32,892 nt of DNA. Origin: Octopus bimaculoides (Eukaryota). Below the pieces are notes generated by a model that saw only the letters and a list, made by a program, of their open reading frames with translations, was not told the DNA's origin and searched no databases. The stretch is from contig NC_068987.1 in the NCBI RefSeq assembly GCF_001194135.2, positions 59,379,402-59,412,293 of the forward strand, in the 5' to 3' direction. A program made the position numbers and the translations under genes. Below, piece after piece: positions 32,526 to 32,892 of this stretch (the stretch's first letter is position 1; each line of letters opens with the position of its first letter).

Positions 32526-32892
32526 ATATATATATATATGTGAACTTTGCTTGTTTGTGTATGCATACATATGCATGTGAGCGTGCACGTGTGTGCGCGC
32601 ATGAACGCGTGTGCGTGTGTGTACGGGCGCACACGCGGATGCCTGTATGTAGGTAATAGCGTACTTTTTGCTAAAACTTTAAAAATTTTGTTCGGTTTTT
32701 TGTAATTGTGAAATTTTTTCGCCATGAACGGTTTGTGTTTTTAAACCGAATGTATTTTTTCTGATGTTATATTTATTCCTGAATGATGTGTAAAGAAATT
32801 TTGATTTATTAAGTCTCTTAATGAATTCTTTATACTGAAATATATATTGAAGAAGATAAATATGTTCATTTGAATATATACGTTTTTGCGTC

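Overview
AT-rich, repeat-saturated eukaryotic genomic DNA with five N-gaps (5913-6665, 7502-8344, 9310-10284, 19026-19111, 31397-32126). The SINE families and microsatellite load look like an octopus/coleoid cephalopod genome; this is recognition from memory, not a search result. No intact host gene can be identified with confidence, and almost every ORF in the supplied track is a microsatellite, gap or repeat artefact. Supported content: about 19 copies of a tRNA-headed SINE (family A, two 3'-tail types); about 6 copies or fragments of a bipartite CORE-like SINE (family B); other retroposon fragments, including an RTE-like LINE 3' end with a C2H2 finger; three hAT (Charlie/Buster-type) elements with TIRs and 8-bp target-site duplications (TSDs), one carrying a broken transposase; an internally deleted Helitron with a decayed Pif1 helicase C-terminus; and Penelope-like remnants with degenerate hammerhead motifs. 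The most notable observations are a SINE flanked by a ~188-bp direct repeat (possible RTE-type giant TSD), a candidate 12-nt microexon with UGC motifs of the neural Srrm3/4 type, a five-copy head-to-tail SINE array, and several splice-signal-supported candidate exons on the + strand. I found nothing I can honestly call a new multi-gene system.
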